From: Nitrospirota bacterium
GTDB taxonomy: Bacteria; Nitrospirota; Thermodesulfovibrionia; Thermodesulfovibrionales; Dissulfurispiraceae
Assembly (NCBI GenBank): GCA_963796345.1
Contig: CAWCLI010000017.1
Coordinates: 26,571 to 90,570 of the forward strand
DNA: 64,000 nt
Direction of reading: 5' to 3'
Notes under the pieces: generated by a model
Told to the model about the DNA's origin: nothing
Seen by the model: the letters and a program-made list of their open reading frames with translations, nothing else
Databases searched by the model: none
Part shown: positions 50,601 to 60,093 of the stretch, piece after piece
Layout of the letters: every line of letters starts with the position of its first letter
Position numbering within the stretch: position 1 is the stretch's first letter
Position numbers and translations under genes: made by a program

Positions 50601-50876
50601 GAAAAGACAAAGATAAGCAAGGAATTCCTGCAAAAAATAGGCGGCGCAACCATGAAATCATATATGAGCGACAGGGATTTCGATACAGGTAAATTGGGAC
50701 TTTATCTGCAGAAAGGAGATATAATTTTTAACGAGCTGGATATTTCCAACAGGAATTTTTTTGGCATGAAAGACCTCTCTATTACAGTCGCCCCATACAA
50801 CAACCGGATAGCCATCGACGATCTGATGTGGTCATTGGCACAGGCGGCGCAAAGGGCAAAGTCAAAAAGTCAATAA
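47631..50876 (+). CDS. AsmA-like large envelope protein, YdbH-like
   Basis: An N-terminal TM anchor is followed by an AsmA-type start (...RVDIQDISLS..SGFHLRNIAIQNPEGFSDGQLLRIRELAVSPDFRALLRGRLHITDIAVSSPEINLVHGPEGRLNI). The body is a beta-rich 1081-aa sequence. The C-terminus (…GKADFWTYSN…LYLQKGDIIFNELDISNR…ITVAPYNNRIAIDDL) is followed by a DUF1318/YdbL-like gene, as in ydbH-ynbE-ydbL. Confidence 0.6.
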   Translation: MKLSRTVLWKFFAAVALLLFAVLFAFAWSGYLNIKKIVRAEISSYATALIGQRVDIQDISLSAVSGFHLRNIAIQNPEGFSDGQLLRIRELAVSPDFRALLRGRLHITDIAVSSPEINLVHGPEGRLNISEKLRHFFSQKSTRTYQVDTLSIRSGSFGLDGRKSLGLTDIDVELHAISSRTDAKTLIKGSLVHAGENKILFDGWSYLKNTPLRFALTLTSPGFRPASLSAATHDGPLASMIMAVQLALEGDLETGIHLSSHITLHNRNALRLFLEKSGTTDLDAHAFYNIREHSLAVNDATLRTGASAAAHITGLISDIGERPSYSAHVKITGLDLSSFNIWKDFKVRGKIASGSLSVKGTFADVVPSFSGTVLIQDAAFKSGDFDLDKISGELSLSSASGKTFALNTLVSADVQKIKKVVFKKPSAVKISLAADGTPDAATLRGSASLGSASLAVQNSQTASFGSANLIISGSFRSTGRATAFFGEGSAGISDFLYGDMHIPSLTSSTGFNFAHNTIALTSFSLDSKEIRGSADKVTLGFSADSSDYAADLNGVNISFPAKKTGIKKGVLRISMSRKNNALSGSGTFSTGDIMFHGDILGSLSGSCRFDGPNFYIDRVRAALPAGTITLAGQGKVAGGPFPLRMTAAAEGIDLGKLAGIYSKFTPFPYVISGKLGKASFDGSIEGRDALHGKAVFDAQNLTVAVKQETRPLIRDWALSARIDFKGKDLDFSADAENKGVSAKASGSIKDFSEAKRTAQIKVSVPSVKATRLREAFWDICPDSLLYAGMDGAVSSEISIGYTKAGADAVGAIVFKDLSLTGENGEFAIGPVNGTLPLAYGGEAGRHEETPMPLFERSEFDTLSREYSRQFAGEGYNRITIGSAGYGFRMLDNITLWVKRKGTSLDIGRFSANIFGGTLSGAAFAAPGRNMSYRIGFLVKGLSLTVLCNDIEPIRGYVSGKLDGIAAFKGIGPNLTGLIGKADFWTYSNKNEKTKISKEFLQKIGGATMKSYMSDRDFDTGKLGLYLQKGDIIFNELDISNRNFFGMKDLSITVAPYNNRIAIDDLMWSLAQAAQRAKSKSQ

Positions 50877-50950
50877 TGGGTCATGGGGTGAAAGAAAACT
50901 GGAAATGTTTTAATATTAATGACCCGGTGAGCCGGTAAGGAGGATAATTT

Positions 50951-51618
50951 ATGATTAAAAAGGCGGGACTTCTGGCAGCTGTGATTTTTATTGTCGCATC
51001 CTGCGCCGTTATAACGGTGAACGTCTACTTTCCTGAAAAAGATGTCAAAGAGGCCTATAAGGACCTCGAAAAAGAACTCATGAAGCCTGACAGCAATGCT
51101 GCACAGAATAATCCGGACAACAAACCGGAATCGCAGCCTCAGGAAAGAATTCCGGAGGGCAGAAACCGGCGCAGAAACCGGAAAGTTCCATTCGCTTTGA
51201 CTTCATCGGGTCGGCATATGCCCAGGATTCCAGTCTCGCTCAAAGAATTGCGGACACAGTAAGGAAAATGCCCGACGTCGTTGCCGCTTACAGGGAGATA
51301 GGGGCTGTAATTCCCGATCTTGACAGGCTGAGAAGCAGCGGTGCTGTCGGAGAAGCCAATAACGGCTTGCTCGTGCCGCGAGAAGGCTCTTTGAGCCCTG
51401 CCGACAGGCAGATTGTCGATATGGTGAACAAGGACAGGAAAATAGTTATTAACGGCATGGCAAAGGCGATCGTGCGCATCAACAGGCAACCTGAAAATGC
51501 CGATACTCTTAAACAGGTGGTCCCACAAGCCACCGAGCAGTTTGCCGCAATCAGAAGAGACGCAGCGAAAAAAGGATGGTGGATTCAGGACAGCAACGGG
51601 ATCTGGTCAAAAAAATAA
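50951..51618 (+). pseudogene. lipoprotein with YnbE-like N-terminus and DUF1318/YdbL-like C-terminus, one frame break (or two adjacent genes)
   Basis: The lipobox IVASC is followed by AVITVNVYFPEKDV. ORF 50951-51262 turns Arg-rich and implausible after about 51145. The frame of ORF 51268-51618 is open from 51112 (…KPAQKPESSIRFDFIGSAYAQDSS…) and ends …GEANNGLL…NKDRK…GWWIQDSNGIWSKK, which is DUF1318-like. Confidence 0.55.
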
Positions 51619-51651
51619 GTGCAATGTTTTGCAAGGCGATGAAGAATGAAT

Positions 51652-51717
51652 AATTAATAATGATGAATTAAGGAAATTAATTTTCTCACAACAATTGATC
51701 ATTCATCATTGTTAATT
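51652..51717. repeat. 17-bp inverted repeat (16/17 match) with a 32-nt loop between convergent genes; possible bidirectional terminator or binding site
   Basis: AATTAATAATGATGAAT (51652-51668) pairs with ATTCATCATTGTTAATT (51701-51717). Confidence 0.4.
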
Positions 51718-51732
51718 GAATATTGCAGTTAT

Positions 51733-53274
51733 TTATTGCCTTATAAAAAACGGTGCGTGGTTGGAAGTAAAAAAGGGGGGCTCCCGCCTTATAATCGGTG
51801 CAATGGCGGGGTGTCGTTTAAATACGCCTTCCAGGAACTGTTTCACGCGCTTTCTGGTCCATGCCTTCGGATGTCTGAACTCGGTATACAGGGACAGGTC
51901 GCCTTCATAAAATGTGCCTGTGCCGAATGCTGCGGCATCGGGACTATTTATCGGCATATTGAAAAGCGCGAGGTTCAGGAAACCGATCTCGCTGCTGTGC
52001 CTGACCGTAAAATCCAGGGTCTTTTCAGCCTCATATTCCGACTCATAAGGAGTACCGAATATGAGATAAACGTAAGTCGCAATGCCCGCTTCGGCAAGTG
52101 TTTTCAGCACTCGGGATACGGTTTCCAGATTGGTGCCTTTCTGCATTCCGTCGAGCACACCCTGATCGCCTGATTCAATCCCGAGTTTGAGCATAACGCA
52201 TCCGGAGTTCCTGAGCGACTTGCAGAAGGAAGGGTCGGCCAGGGACTCTTCAACCCTGGTAAACCCATACCACGGAGCACCACCGCGCACACCGGACATT
52301 GACTCCATGAAGGATTTGCTCATGGCATTATCAAGAACATGAACAAGTACCGGCCTCTCTTCTTCACCGTGGCCGCACAGATCGGCAATCTCGCTCTGCG
52401 TCTGTCCGGCAGGTATCGGTCTGTAAGGATTGCCTTCGACGCTTTCAGGGCAAAAGCGGCACTTGCTCCAGTAACAGCCGTCCGACGCGCTATAGGGAAG
52501 AATGAGGCCTGGCGCCATGTATTCATTCGAAGCAAAAGGACTGTAATCGGGTTTATAGTGCCCTTGTAAAGCATCCACTCCCATCAGGGAGAGCAATGGT
52601 CTTTCCCCGGGACCCGGAATCATGTGGTCCACCAGCCCCGCAAAGGGATTGCGCCCATTGCTCCATCCGGGGCTGCTCATCCATGAGGTGACAAGCCCTC
52701 CTCCAAGGTATATTGTAAGCCCGTCGTATGTCTTTTTCAGAAAACCGATCATTGCAAATGTACACAGCGCCTGGCTCAAAAAATTAAGCGAAAATCCTAT
52801 TTGCTTGTGCCCGGCAGACTCAACCGCTTCTGTCAGACGGCCCTTAAAATAAGGATAGAAGGGGTTTTCTTCCGGGCTTCCCGCGGCCCTGACAAGATCG
52901 CTGCTTCTTACGGGAGACAGCTTGCTGTGACGCCCGACATGCCGATAATTTGAAAGGCTCACAATTGCTCCATGGTCCGCTGATGATTGTTCCAGGACGC
53001 GGTTCACATCCCCGACCGCCCTCCTATACTGCCCGGGCCGGCCATAAATACCTCGTCCCCTCAGAGAGACAAGATGGTCCAATCGTTTTCTGAAGGCGCG
53101 GTATGTCCATGTATCGGAAGGGGACTGCGTTTGATGCAGAAGATAAAGCATACCTTCCAGATTGGCATCCACTGCGCTTCCCTTTATTCCATGCGCCTTA
53201 AGAGCGCCTAGAAGCCTCGCAATGCCCGCAGGAGGTTCGCACGGTTTCGCAACCGGAGGATATATCAGAATCAT
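51733..53274 (-). CDS. radical SAM enzyme with B12-binding-like N-terminal domain
   Basis: MILIYPPV...[23 protein letters not shown] is a Rossmann-like N-domain. The cluster region is [16 protein letters not shown], which reads as CX4CX2C rather than CX3CX2[11 protein letters not shown] is the radical SAM core. Confidence 0.7.
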   Translation of the reverse strand: MILIYPPVAKPCEPPAGIARLLGALKAHGIKGSAVDANLEGMLYLLHQTQSPSDTWTYRAFRKRLDHLVSLRGRGIYGRPGQYRRAVGDVNRVLEQSSADHGAIVSLSNYRHVGRHSKLSPVRSSDLVRAAGSPEENPFYPYFKGRLTEAVESAGHKQIGFSLNFLSQALCTFAMIGFLKKTYDGLTIYLGGGLVTSWMSSPGWSNGRNPFAGLVDHMIPGPGERPLLSLMGVDALQGHYKPDYSPFASNEYMAPGLILPYSASDGCYWSKCRFCPESVEGNPYRPIPAGQTQSEIADLCGHGEEERPVLVHVLDNAMSKSFMESMSGVRGGAPWYGFTRVEESLADPSFCKSLRNSGCVMLKLGIESGDQGVLDGMQKGTNLETVSRVLKTLAEAGIATYVYLIFGTPYESEYEAEKTLDFTVRHSSEIGFLNLALFNMPINSPDAAAFGTGTFYEGDLSLYTEFRHPKAWTRKRVKQFLEGVFKRHPAIAPIIRREPPFFTSNHAPFFIRQ

Positions 53275-53585
53275 TTAATGAACGAACAGCAGTAGTCGGT
53301 CACGGACTTGATCTTCAACTTGAATTTCGCATTAGGCGCAACTTCAAATGATTCTCCCCCCTTGACCGGCCTCCATCCGGATTCACCGGGAAGCAGCACC
53401 TCAAGTTCACCCGAAAGTATTTCCATAAGCTCTTTATCGCCGGTGCCGAATTCGTATTCACCCGGAAGCATTACTCCAAGCGTTTTCCTGGACCCGTCCC
53501 CGAAAAGAACGGTCCTGCTGGTCACTTTTCCGTCAAAATAAACATTCGCCTTCTTAACTACCGTCACGTTCCTGAATTCAGACAT
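53271..53585 (-). CDS. ppnP: pyrimidine/purine nucleoside phosphorylase PpnP (DUF1255/YaiE family)
   Basis: [46 protein letters not shown]...E.MEI..G.L.VLLPG...W......G.SF.V..N..F......DY.C.F. A GGAGAGG Shine-Dalgarno sequence precedes ATG 53585. Its stop overlaps the radical SAM start (ATGA). Confidence 0.8.
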   Translation of the reverse strand: MSEFRNVTVVKKANVYFDGKVTSRTVLFGDGSRKTLGVMLPGEYEFGTGDKELMEILSGELEVLLPGESGWRPVKGGESFEVAPNAKFKLKIKSVTDYCCSFIK

Positions 53586-53782
53586 GAGACCTCTCCTTTT
53601 TATTTTCATTTCACCCTTCTCTGAAAGAAGACCGGAAAAAATATTATAACTCGTTCTTGTTATCATATTCAAAGTGCTCACGATGAGCGGTAATATGACA
53701 TGTAAGGAGATATGATAGTGATAGTGAAAAGCGGCCCTGATACGCCAGACGGACAAAGAGGACTAAAAGTGGCAAGGGATTT

Positions 53783-54595
53783 ATGAACATGTTCATCCTG
53801 GATAACGAACTTCTGGTCCGTCTGAGCTTTTTCTTCGGGATATTTACGGTTATGGCGGTATGGGAACTGGTCTTGCCAAGGCGAAAACTTACCGTATCCA
53901 AAACGCGGCGGTGGTTTACCAACCTGAGCATCACGGTACTCAACAGTTTTGCAGTCCGCCTGCTCATTCCAATTCAGGCCGTCGGTGCAGCCGTAATCGC
54001 CAAAAATAATGGTTGGGGCATCTTTAATGCATTTCAATTCCCTCAATGGCAGGCAGCCATTCTATCGGTGGTCCTCCTGGACCTCCTTATTTACTTCCAG
54101 CATATGTATTTTCATAAAATACCGGTTTTTTGGCGCTTGCACATGATGCACCACGTGGATTTGGATATCGATGTAACGACCGGAGCCCGCTTTCATCCTA
54201 TAGAGATCATCGTATCCATGCTCATAAAGATGGCGGCTGTGCTCATCCTCGGCGCTCCCGCCTTGGGCGTCATTGTTTTCGAGATCGTCTTGAACGGAAC
54301 TTCCATGTTCAATCACAGCAATATCAGGATGAATGGGACCGAAAGAATACTTAGAAAGATTATCGTTACACCAGATATGCACCGTGTGCATCACTCAGTG
54401 GTCCCGAAAGAGACTTTCAGTAATTTCGGCTTCAATCTTTCTTGCTGGGACCGTCTCTTTGGGACCTATCGGGAGCAGCCTGAAAGAGGGCATGAAGGAA
54501 TGACTGTTGGCCTTCCTGAGTTCAGGGATGCCAGGCAACTCACTATATTGCGCCTGATAGCCTTGCCGTTTCTTAAGAGAAAAGTAATGCGGTAA
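53783..54595 (+). CDS. fatty acid hydroxylase / sterol desaturase family membrane protein
   Basis: The three His boxes are FQHMYFHK, RLHMMHHVD and HRVHHS. Several TM segments are present. Confidence 0.85.
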   Translation: MNMFILDNELLVRLSFFFGIFTVMAVWELVLPRRKLTVSKTRRWFTNLSITVLNSFAVRLLIPIQAVGAAVIAKNNGWGIFNAFQFPQWQAAILSVVLLDLLIYFQHMYFHKIPVFWRLHMMHHVDLDIDVTTGARFHPIEIIVSMLIKMAAVLILGAPALGVIVFEIVLNGTSMFNHSNIRMNGTERILRKIIVTPDMHRVHHSVVPKETFSNFGFNLSCWDRLFGTYREQPERGHEGMTVGLPEFRDARQLTILRLIALPFLKRKVMR

Positions 54596-54968
54596 TGACT
54601 AGTCCAGCCATAAGTATGTAAAATGCAGTTCCGGTAACCTTTAGCGCGGTCCTCTCGAAAGTATCAATGAGATTTAAATTCTTTTCCATATTCCCCGATA
54701 ACTATATTACCAAGGATGGTGAAGTATGATTACCAAAACAGAATTGCTTGAAATCTTGCGTGAAAGCCCCCTTTATTTCTGGATGGACGAGCTCGATTTG
54801 AAAATCATTGTCAATAGTCTGAACGAATATGTGGCAGTGCAGGAATCTGAAATTCGGATAGGGTGAAAGTCTCATCCCTACTGCAAATCATCTTTCTGTC
54901 ACAGGCCCGCTATCGCAAAGAATTTTGATATACTTTAGTCATAGCTAAGATTATGGGAGGACCATGCC

Positions 54969-55151
54969 ATGACAGACCACTCAACGACTTCACATTTACC
55001 TCTCGATCACGAGAGTATCTTAACAGCACTTTTTAAAGCGATAGATTCAGCATCGGAGGTCGATAAAGAGCTTCACGGATCGACCAGACTTTCCTTTCAT
55101 TTGGAACACATTAAGAATCTGGCCGATCAATACAGGGAAGTGTCCTACTGA
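54969..55151 (+). CDS. hypothetical small protein (60 aa)
   Basis: This ORF is in the track. A GGGAGG lies 8 nt upstream of the ATG. No recognisable motif was found. Confidence 0.3.
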   Translation: MTDHSTTSHLPLDHESILTALFKAIDSASEVDKELHGSTRLSFHLEHIKNLADQYREVSY

Positions 55152-55255
55152 TATTCAGAATTTGCATTGTAAATGTTGTCGATATTTTGTACCACGCGGA
55201 TTTATAATGATTTATTTTGATCGGACATGAAATCAGTTTTGAAATTATTTTCCGA

Positions 55256-56180
55256 TCACTGCAGCTTTGAGAGGGAGCGATTATTCCGGATAAATGATAT
55301 CATATCTTCCGGTACTGGCGCATCGAATGCAAGCAGTTCGCCGGATATCGGATGATTTATGATAAGCCGTGAGGCATGCAGAAGGTGCCTCGGAGTTTCC
55401 TGCCAGGGAAGCAGGTCGTAATATCCAGCCTTGACATTTTTTACAAACGCAAGGAATTCATCGTCGGTCCTTCCATATAACTTATCACCCACCAATGGAT
55501 GACCGGCATGTGCCAGATGGACCCTAATCTGGTTTGTTCTGCCGGTGACCGGCCTGCACCTGACCATCGTGGATGATGCAAAACGTTCCATTACATCAAA
55601 AGCAGTGGCGGAGTATTTGGCGCCTGCGCTATCATCGAATACGACTTTCTTTCTTATCGAGATGCAGCTGTCATGATCAGGCGCTAAAAAACCCTTGACC
55701 TCAAAGGAATCGTTTATTGATTACTCCACGGGCCACCGCAATATACTCCTTTTCTACTGTTCCGGCCTCAAATTGCTGCAAGAGCGACCGGTGTGCGCTT
55801 TCTGTTTTTGCAGCAACGATTATACCGCTTGTTTCCCGGTCCAGGCGATGCGCCAGGTGAATGACGCCATGAAATCCCTTGCCGGCCATTCGTTCGCGCA
55901 ATAAAAAGATTAAAGTATTCCTGATGTAATTACCATCAGAATGCGACGGCAGGTTGCCAGGTTTATTTGCAACAAGAAAGGTTTCTTCTTCATGCATAAT
56001 TTGTATATTTATATCAACAGGAGGTTCGGTACGAACATCCGAATACGCTACAATATCGTTTTTTTTCATGAGATGATCGGGCGTTATTGCCCTCCCGTTG
56101 ACCGTTACCTTCCCGCGTCCAATCATACACTCCCATTCTTCGCGGGTCTTATACTTGAAACGCCGGGTCAGGAAATCCAT
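55256..56180 (-). pseudogene. RluA-family (RluC/D-like) pseudouridine synthase, one frame break
   Basis: The S4-like N-terminus reads GKVTVNGRAI. The catalytic motif is HRLDRETSGIIVAAK. ORF 55701-56180 stops at an A-run near 55700. The shifted frame continues DSFEVKGFLAPDHD...FDVMERF into ORF 55256-55591 (…RPVTGRTNQIRVHLAHAGHPLVGDKLYG). Confidence 0.8.
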
Positions 56181-56439
56181 CAGACTCCTGCCGGCAAACT
56201 GCGAATGAGATCCTGGATGAAAGTGTAGTTTCTTCTGTCATGCAATGTGCGCCTCAGGCATATTGGGGTATTTTATCACAATTTACAGCTTGAAGATTAA
56301 AGGCCCCCCGGGGCCAAAGGAGGGACTGACTGCAGCAAGCCTCCTGAGTCAGTCATTTGTGCTACAATTATAGAAACCATTACCGGCTCGCCAGGATAGT
56401 CTCAGGACACCTGCATAACTCTTGAAAGGACATACCTGC

Positions 56440-58236
56440 ATGAAACAGATACAATGGAATCTCAAACAACTCTTCGAAGGCGACAATGACCCCAGGATTG
56501 AGAGGGAAAGGCATAGCACCGAAAAAAAAAGCCGCCTGTTTATAAACAAATGGAAAGACCGCACCGATTATCTTGAAGACCCTGCCGTTCTCGTAAGAGG
56601 CGCTGGATGAATATGAGTCATGGTCGGGAAAGTGCGGGACCGATGGTGACGAGGGGTACTACTTCTGGCTCAGGACGCAGCAGGACCAGAATGACCCTGT
56701 CCTGAAAGCCCGCTACAATCAGGTCGAAAATTTAGCCGCACTATCCAGAACGATATACAGTTCTTCCAGCTGCGGATAGCCAAAATCCCTGCTGCACAGC
56801 AGAAACTGTTTCTTGATTATAAAGGCCTCCGGCAATATAAGCACTTTCTTGAGCGCATATTCGCTGAATCAAAATACTTGCTGAGCGAGCCTGAGGAAAA
56901 GATACTGAACCTTAAGGCATCGACCTCTTACACAAACTGGGTGAGAATGACCTCCGGTTTCCTTGCAAAAGAGGAAAGAATTGTCCTGCTTGAGGACGGC
57001 TCAAAAGGCAGCAGGAACATCTCGGAACTGTTGAGCCTTCTGGACGGCAAAAACAAAACAGTGAGGGATTCGGCTGCAAAGGCCCTGAACAGCATTTTCG
57101 ATCAATATGTCGAAGTCGCCGAGGCTGAATTAAATTCCGTGCTCGCCAACAAGCGCACGGATGACGAGTTGCGCGGCATTCCGCGTCCGGATTTTTCGCG
57201 GCATATCAGTGACGACATTGGGAGCGATATTGTGGATGCACTCGTCGATACCGTATCGGGCAGGTTTGCCATGGCGCACCGCTTTTACGAACTCAAGGCA
57301 AGGCTGCTGGGACTGAAAAAACTGAAATACCACGAAAGAAATATTGAATACGGTGATATAGTCAAAAGGTATCCGTATAAGACGTCACTCGTGCTCGTCG
57401 ACAGGGTCTTCAAAAGGCTGGACCGGGAGTTTTCGGAAATCCTGTCTGTGTTCATAAAAAACAGCCATTTCGACGTGTATCCGCGAAAAGGTAAGGGAAG
57501 CGGCGCTTTTTGCGCCCACCATCTCAGCTCGCAGCCTACTTACATCATGCTTAATCATACCGATAAGTTGAGCGATGTGCTTACACTGGCCCATGAACTC
57601 GGACATGGAATCAATAACGAACTGATCAGGAAAAAACAGAATTCGCTCAATTTCGACACCTCCACGGCCACGGCTGAAGTTGCAAGCACCTTCATGGAGG
57701 ATTTCGTACTGCAGGAAGTTCTGAAGAAAGCCGATGACGAACTTAAGCTCGCAATTATGGTCAAAAAACTCAACGATGATATCTCCACGATATTCCGCCA
57801 GGTCGCCTGTTACCGTTTCGAACAGGAACTCCACCGTGACTTCAGGACCAAAGGCTATCTGTCAAAAGAGGAGATAGGCAATCTTTTCAAGATACATATG
57901 TCTTCCTACATGGGACCTTTCGTTGAGCAGTCTGCGGGTTCCGGGAACTGGTGGGTATACTGGAGCCATATCCGACATTTCTTTTATGTCTATTCATATG
58001 CAAGCGGCCTGCTCATCTCGAAGGCTTTGCAGCACTCTGTCAAGGAAAATCCCCGATTCATAGACAAGGTAAAAGACTTTCTGTCCGCCGGCCTGTCAGA
58101 TTCACCGGAGAACATCTTTAAACGGCTCGGTGTCAATATAAACGACAGCGGCTTCTGGAACAGGGGACTTGATGAAGTGGAAACACTGCTGGAAGAAACA
58201 ACGCTGCTGGCCCGCAAGCTGGGGAAAATCAAGTAA
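56440..58236 (+). pseudogene. pepF: oligoendopeptidase F (M3B, PepF), two frame breaks
   Basis: The N-terminal piece is MKQIQWNLKQLFEGDNDPRIE...FINKWKDRTDYLEDPAVL. The middle piece, in another frame, is EALDEYESW...YFWLRTQQDQNDPVLKARYNQVE. The frame then returns to the original one: ...SRTIQNDIQFFQLRIAKIP...LSEPEEKILNLK... The HExxH motif is in LAHELGHGIN. Confidence 0.8.
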
Positions 58237-58708
58237 GGAACTTGTCCTTCAATGCCTTTTCCACCATATCGGGCACAAGGCCGCTGACAGTCCCGCCGAA
58301 AGAAGCCACCTCTTTCACGATCGTCGACGTCAGATAGGAATACTCCTCTGAAGGCATCACAAAAACAGTTTCAAGATCGCCTGCAAGCCGTCTGTTCATT
58401 AATGCCATCTGCATTTCATATTCAAAATCCGATACAGCCCGCAATCCTCTGATAATGCCGATTCCGCCCCTTTTCTTGACATAGTCTATAAGAAGCCCGT
58501 CAAATGCCTCCACCCTCACACCTTTGTATTGCCTGACCGCATCTTCAATCATCACCAGCCGTTCCTCAATGGTAAACAGCGGCTGTTTCTTTGGGCTCGG
58601 TGCAACAGCAATAATCAACTCATCGAATATCATCAGACCCCTTTTGACAAGATCGAGGTGTCCGTTTGTCACCGGATCAAATGTACCTGGATAAATGATC
58701 AGCTTCAT
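58229..58708 (-). CDS. coaD: phosphopantetheine adenylyltransferase
   Basis: MKLIIYPGTFDPVTNGHLDLVKRG...IIAVA.SP.K.PLF...ER. The length is 159 aa. Confidence 0.9.
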   Translation of the reverse strand: MKLIIYPGTFDPVTNGHLDLVKRGLMIFDELIIAVAPSPKKQPLFTIEERLVMIEDAVRQYKGVRVEAFDGLLIDYVKKRGGIGIIRGLRAVSDFEYEMQMALMNRRLAGDLETVFVMPSEEYSYLTSTIVKEVASFGGTVSGLVPDMVEKALKDKFLT

Positions 58709-58745
58709 CGCTCTCTCCTCCTCACTGAAATCCCTTTTTCTTTAC

Positions 58746-59315
58746 CTATACATGCCCTTTCATATACAGGCTCAGGGATGTATCTCCATATTTATATATC
58801 TTCTTCAGGACCAATTCTCCGGCATGCTCAGATAACTTTTTTTTTGAGGAGTGTTCGGCAATAACGATTCCATCCGGGTCAATTGTCCCGAGCTCGTCAA
58901 TCAACGATATTACGTCCATTGTTTCTTCAGACGCATACGGAGGATCGAGGAACACAATATTAAACCGGTCCTCATTTTTCTTCAGAAAATCCCGGACCCG
59001 GTCCCTCATGACAAGCGCCCTGTCCCGGAAGCCGAAACGGTCCACAAATTCTTTAATTATGTTAATCCTGACGGGACTTTCTTCGACAAACACCACCCTT
59101 TCAGCGCCCCTGCTCAGTGCTTCAATGCCGACGGCGCCGGTCCCGGCATAAAGATCCAGAAAAAAAGAACCCGGTATTTTGCCGGTCAGGATGTTAAAAA
59201 TCGCCTCTCTTACCTTCGCAGGGGTCGGCCGCAGCTCGTCGCCGTCAGCTTTCCGTAAAAAGGCTTTCTTAATGCCTATCTTTCTGCCTTTCGCCGTGCC
59301 GCCGGAAATTCTCAT
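58746..59315 (-). CDS. rsmD: 16S rRNA (guanine966-N2)-methyltransferase RsmD
   Basis: MRISGGTAKGRKI....LRPT..KVREAIFNIL......FLDLYAGTGAVGIEALSRGA..VVFVE...FLDPPY. It lies upstream of coaD, the usual arrangement. Confidence 0.85.
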   Translation of the reverse strand: MRISGGTAKGRKIGIKKAFLRKADGDELRPTPAKVREAIFNILTGKIPGSFFLDLYAGTGAVGIEALSRGAERVVFVEESPVRINIIKEFVDRFGFRDRALVMRDRVRDFLKKNEDRFNIVFLDPPYASEETMDVISLIDELGTIDPDGIVIAEHSSKKKLSEHAGELVLKKIYKYGDTSLSLYMKGHV

Positions 59316-59956
59316 AATGGGGGATTCACGATATGGCCGTCATGCATCTCATAACCGGCTATCCTGACCGTCCCGCCCTCAACACGCAGCCTGCCACCGG
59401 CATAAAGCCTTATTGCTTCGGGGTATATCCTGTGCTCCAGTTTGAGTATCCGCGCAGAAAGAGTGTCTTCGGTATCGTCGGGAGAAACTGGAACAGCGGC
59501 CTGAATTATTACCGGTCCCGTATCCATTCCCTCGTCTACAAAATGCACTGTGCAGCCGCTTATTCTTGCCCCGTATCCGACTGCCTGCTTCTGTCCGTGA
59601 AGGCCGGGAAAGGCGGGCAGAAGGGCCGGATGAATGTTCATGATCCTGTTCTGAAAGGCGTCTATCAATGGTTTCCTGACAATTCGCATAAACCCTGCAA
59701 GCACTACAAGGCCCACGCCACGCTTTTCGAGTTCAGCGGCCATAACAGAAAAATAGGCGTCTTTCGAAGGTGCTGTTTTGGGATCGATAAATAAATAGTC
59801 TATAGAATGTTTTTTGGCACGCTCGACAGCGTAAGCTCCGGCATTATCAACGATGAGCAGTTTGATCGACGCGGCAAGTCTCCCGGCCTCTATCTCATCG
59901 ATAATAGACTGGAAATTCGAGCCCCTGCCGGACGCAAGTATCCCTAGATTGAGCAT
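59312..59956 (-). CDS. purN: phosphoribosylglycinamide formyltransferase
   Basis: LGILASGRGSNFQSIID...LVVLAGFMRI......F...I.NIHPALLPAFPGLH......GA.ISGCTVHFVDEGMDTGP.I.Q..VPV. The start was chosen at the internal ATG (MLNLGIL). Confidence 0.9.
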   Translation of the reverse strand: MLNLGILASGRGSNFQSIIDEIEAGRLAASIKLLIVDNAGAYAVERAKKHSIDYLFIDPKTAPSKDAYFSVMAAELEKRGVGLVVLAGFMRIVRKPLIDAFQNRIMNIHPALLPAFPGLHGQKQAVGYGARISGCTVHFVDEGMDTGPVIIQAAVPVSPDDTEDTLSARILKLEHRIYPEAIRLYAGGRLRVEGGTVRIAGYEMHDGHIVNPPL

Positions 59957-60050
59957 AATCGTTAGTTTACTACATCCGTTATACAGTGTCAAAAAAGAAA
60001 GCTTATGGAAGCTGCCTAAAAATAATAACTGACAAATCTATAAAAAAGTC

Positions 60051-60083
60051 AAAAAGGACGGCGCTGACAGGCCGTCCTTTTTT
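60051..60083 (-). terminator. rho-independent terminator (bidirectional shape) downstream of the His-rich protein gene
   Basis: AAAAA GGACGGC gctgacag GCCGTCC TTTTTT. The GC stem is 7 bp and is flanked by an A-run and a T-run. Confidence 0.65.
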
Positions 60084-60093
60084 GTCCCTGTAT

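Noticed and set aside
54573-54866. Two unlisted micro-ORFs: a 38-aa hydrophobic peptide on the minus strand (ATG at 54689), and a 46-aa ORF on the plus strand at 54726-54866 (MITKTELLEILRESPLYFWMDELD...)
   Set aside because: They have weak or absent ribosome-binding sites and no recognisable motif. The first overlaps the 3' end of the hydroxylase gene. The evidence is insufficient to call them genes.
56181-56440. GC-rich palindromes upstream of pepF (GGCCCCCCGGGGCC and GACTGAC...GTCAGTC) as a riboswitch or sRNA
   Set aside because: They are short imperfect stems with no match to any riboswitch architecture I recognise. They lie in a divergent promoter region where such palindromes are common.
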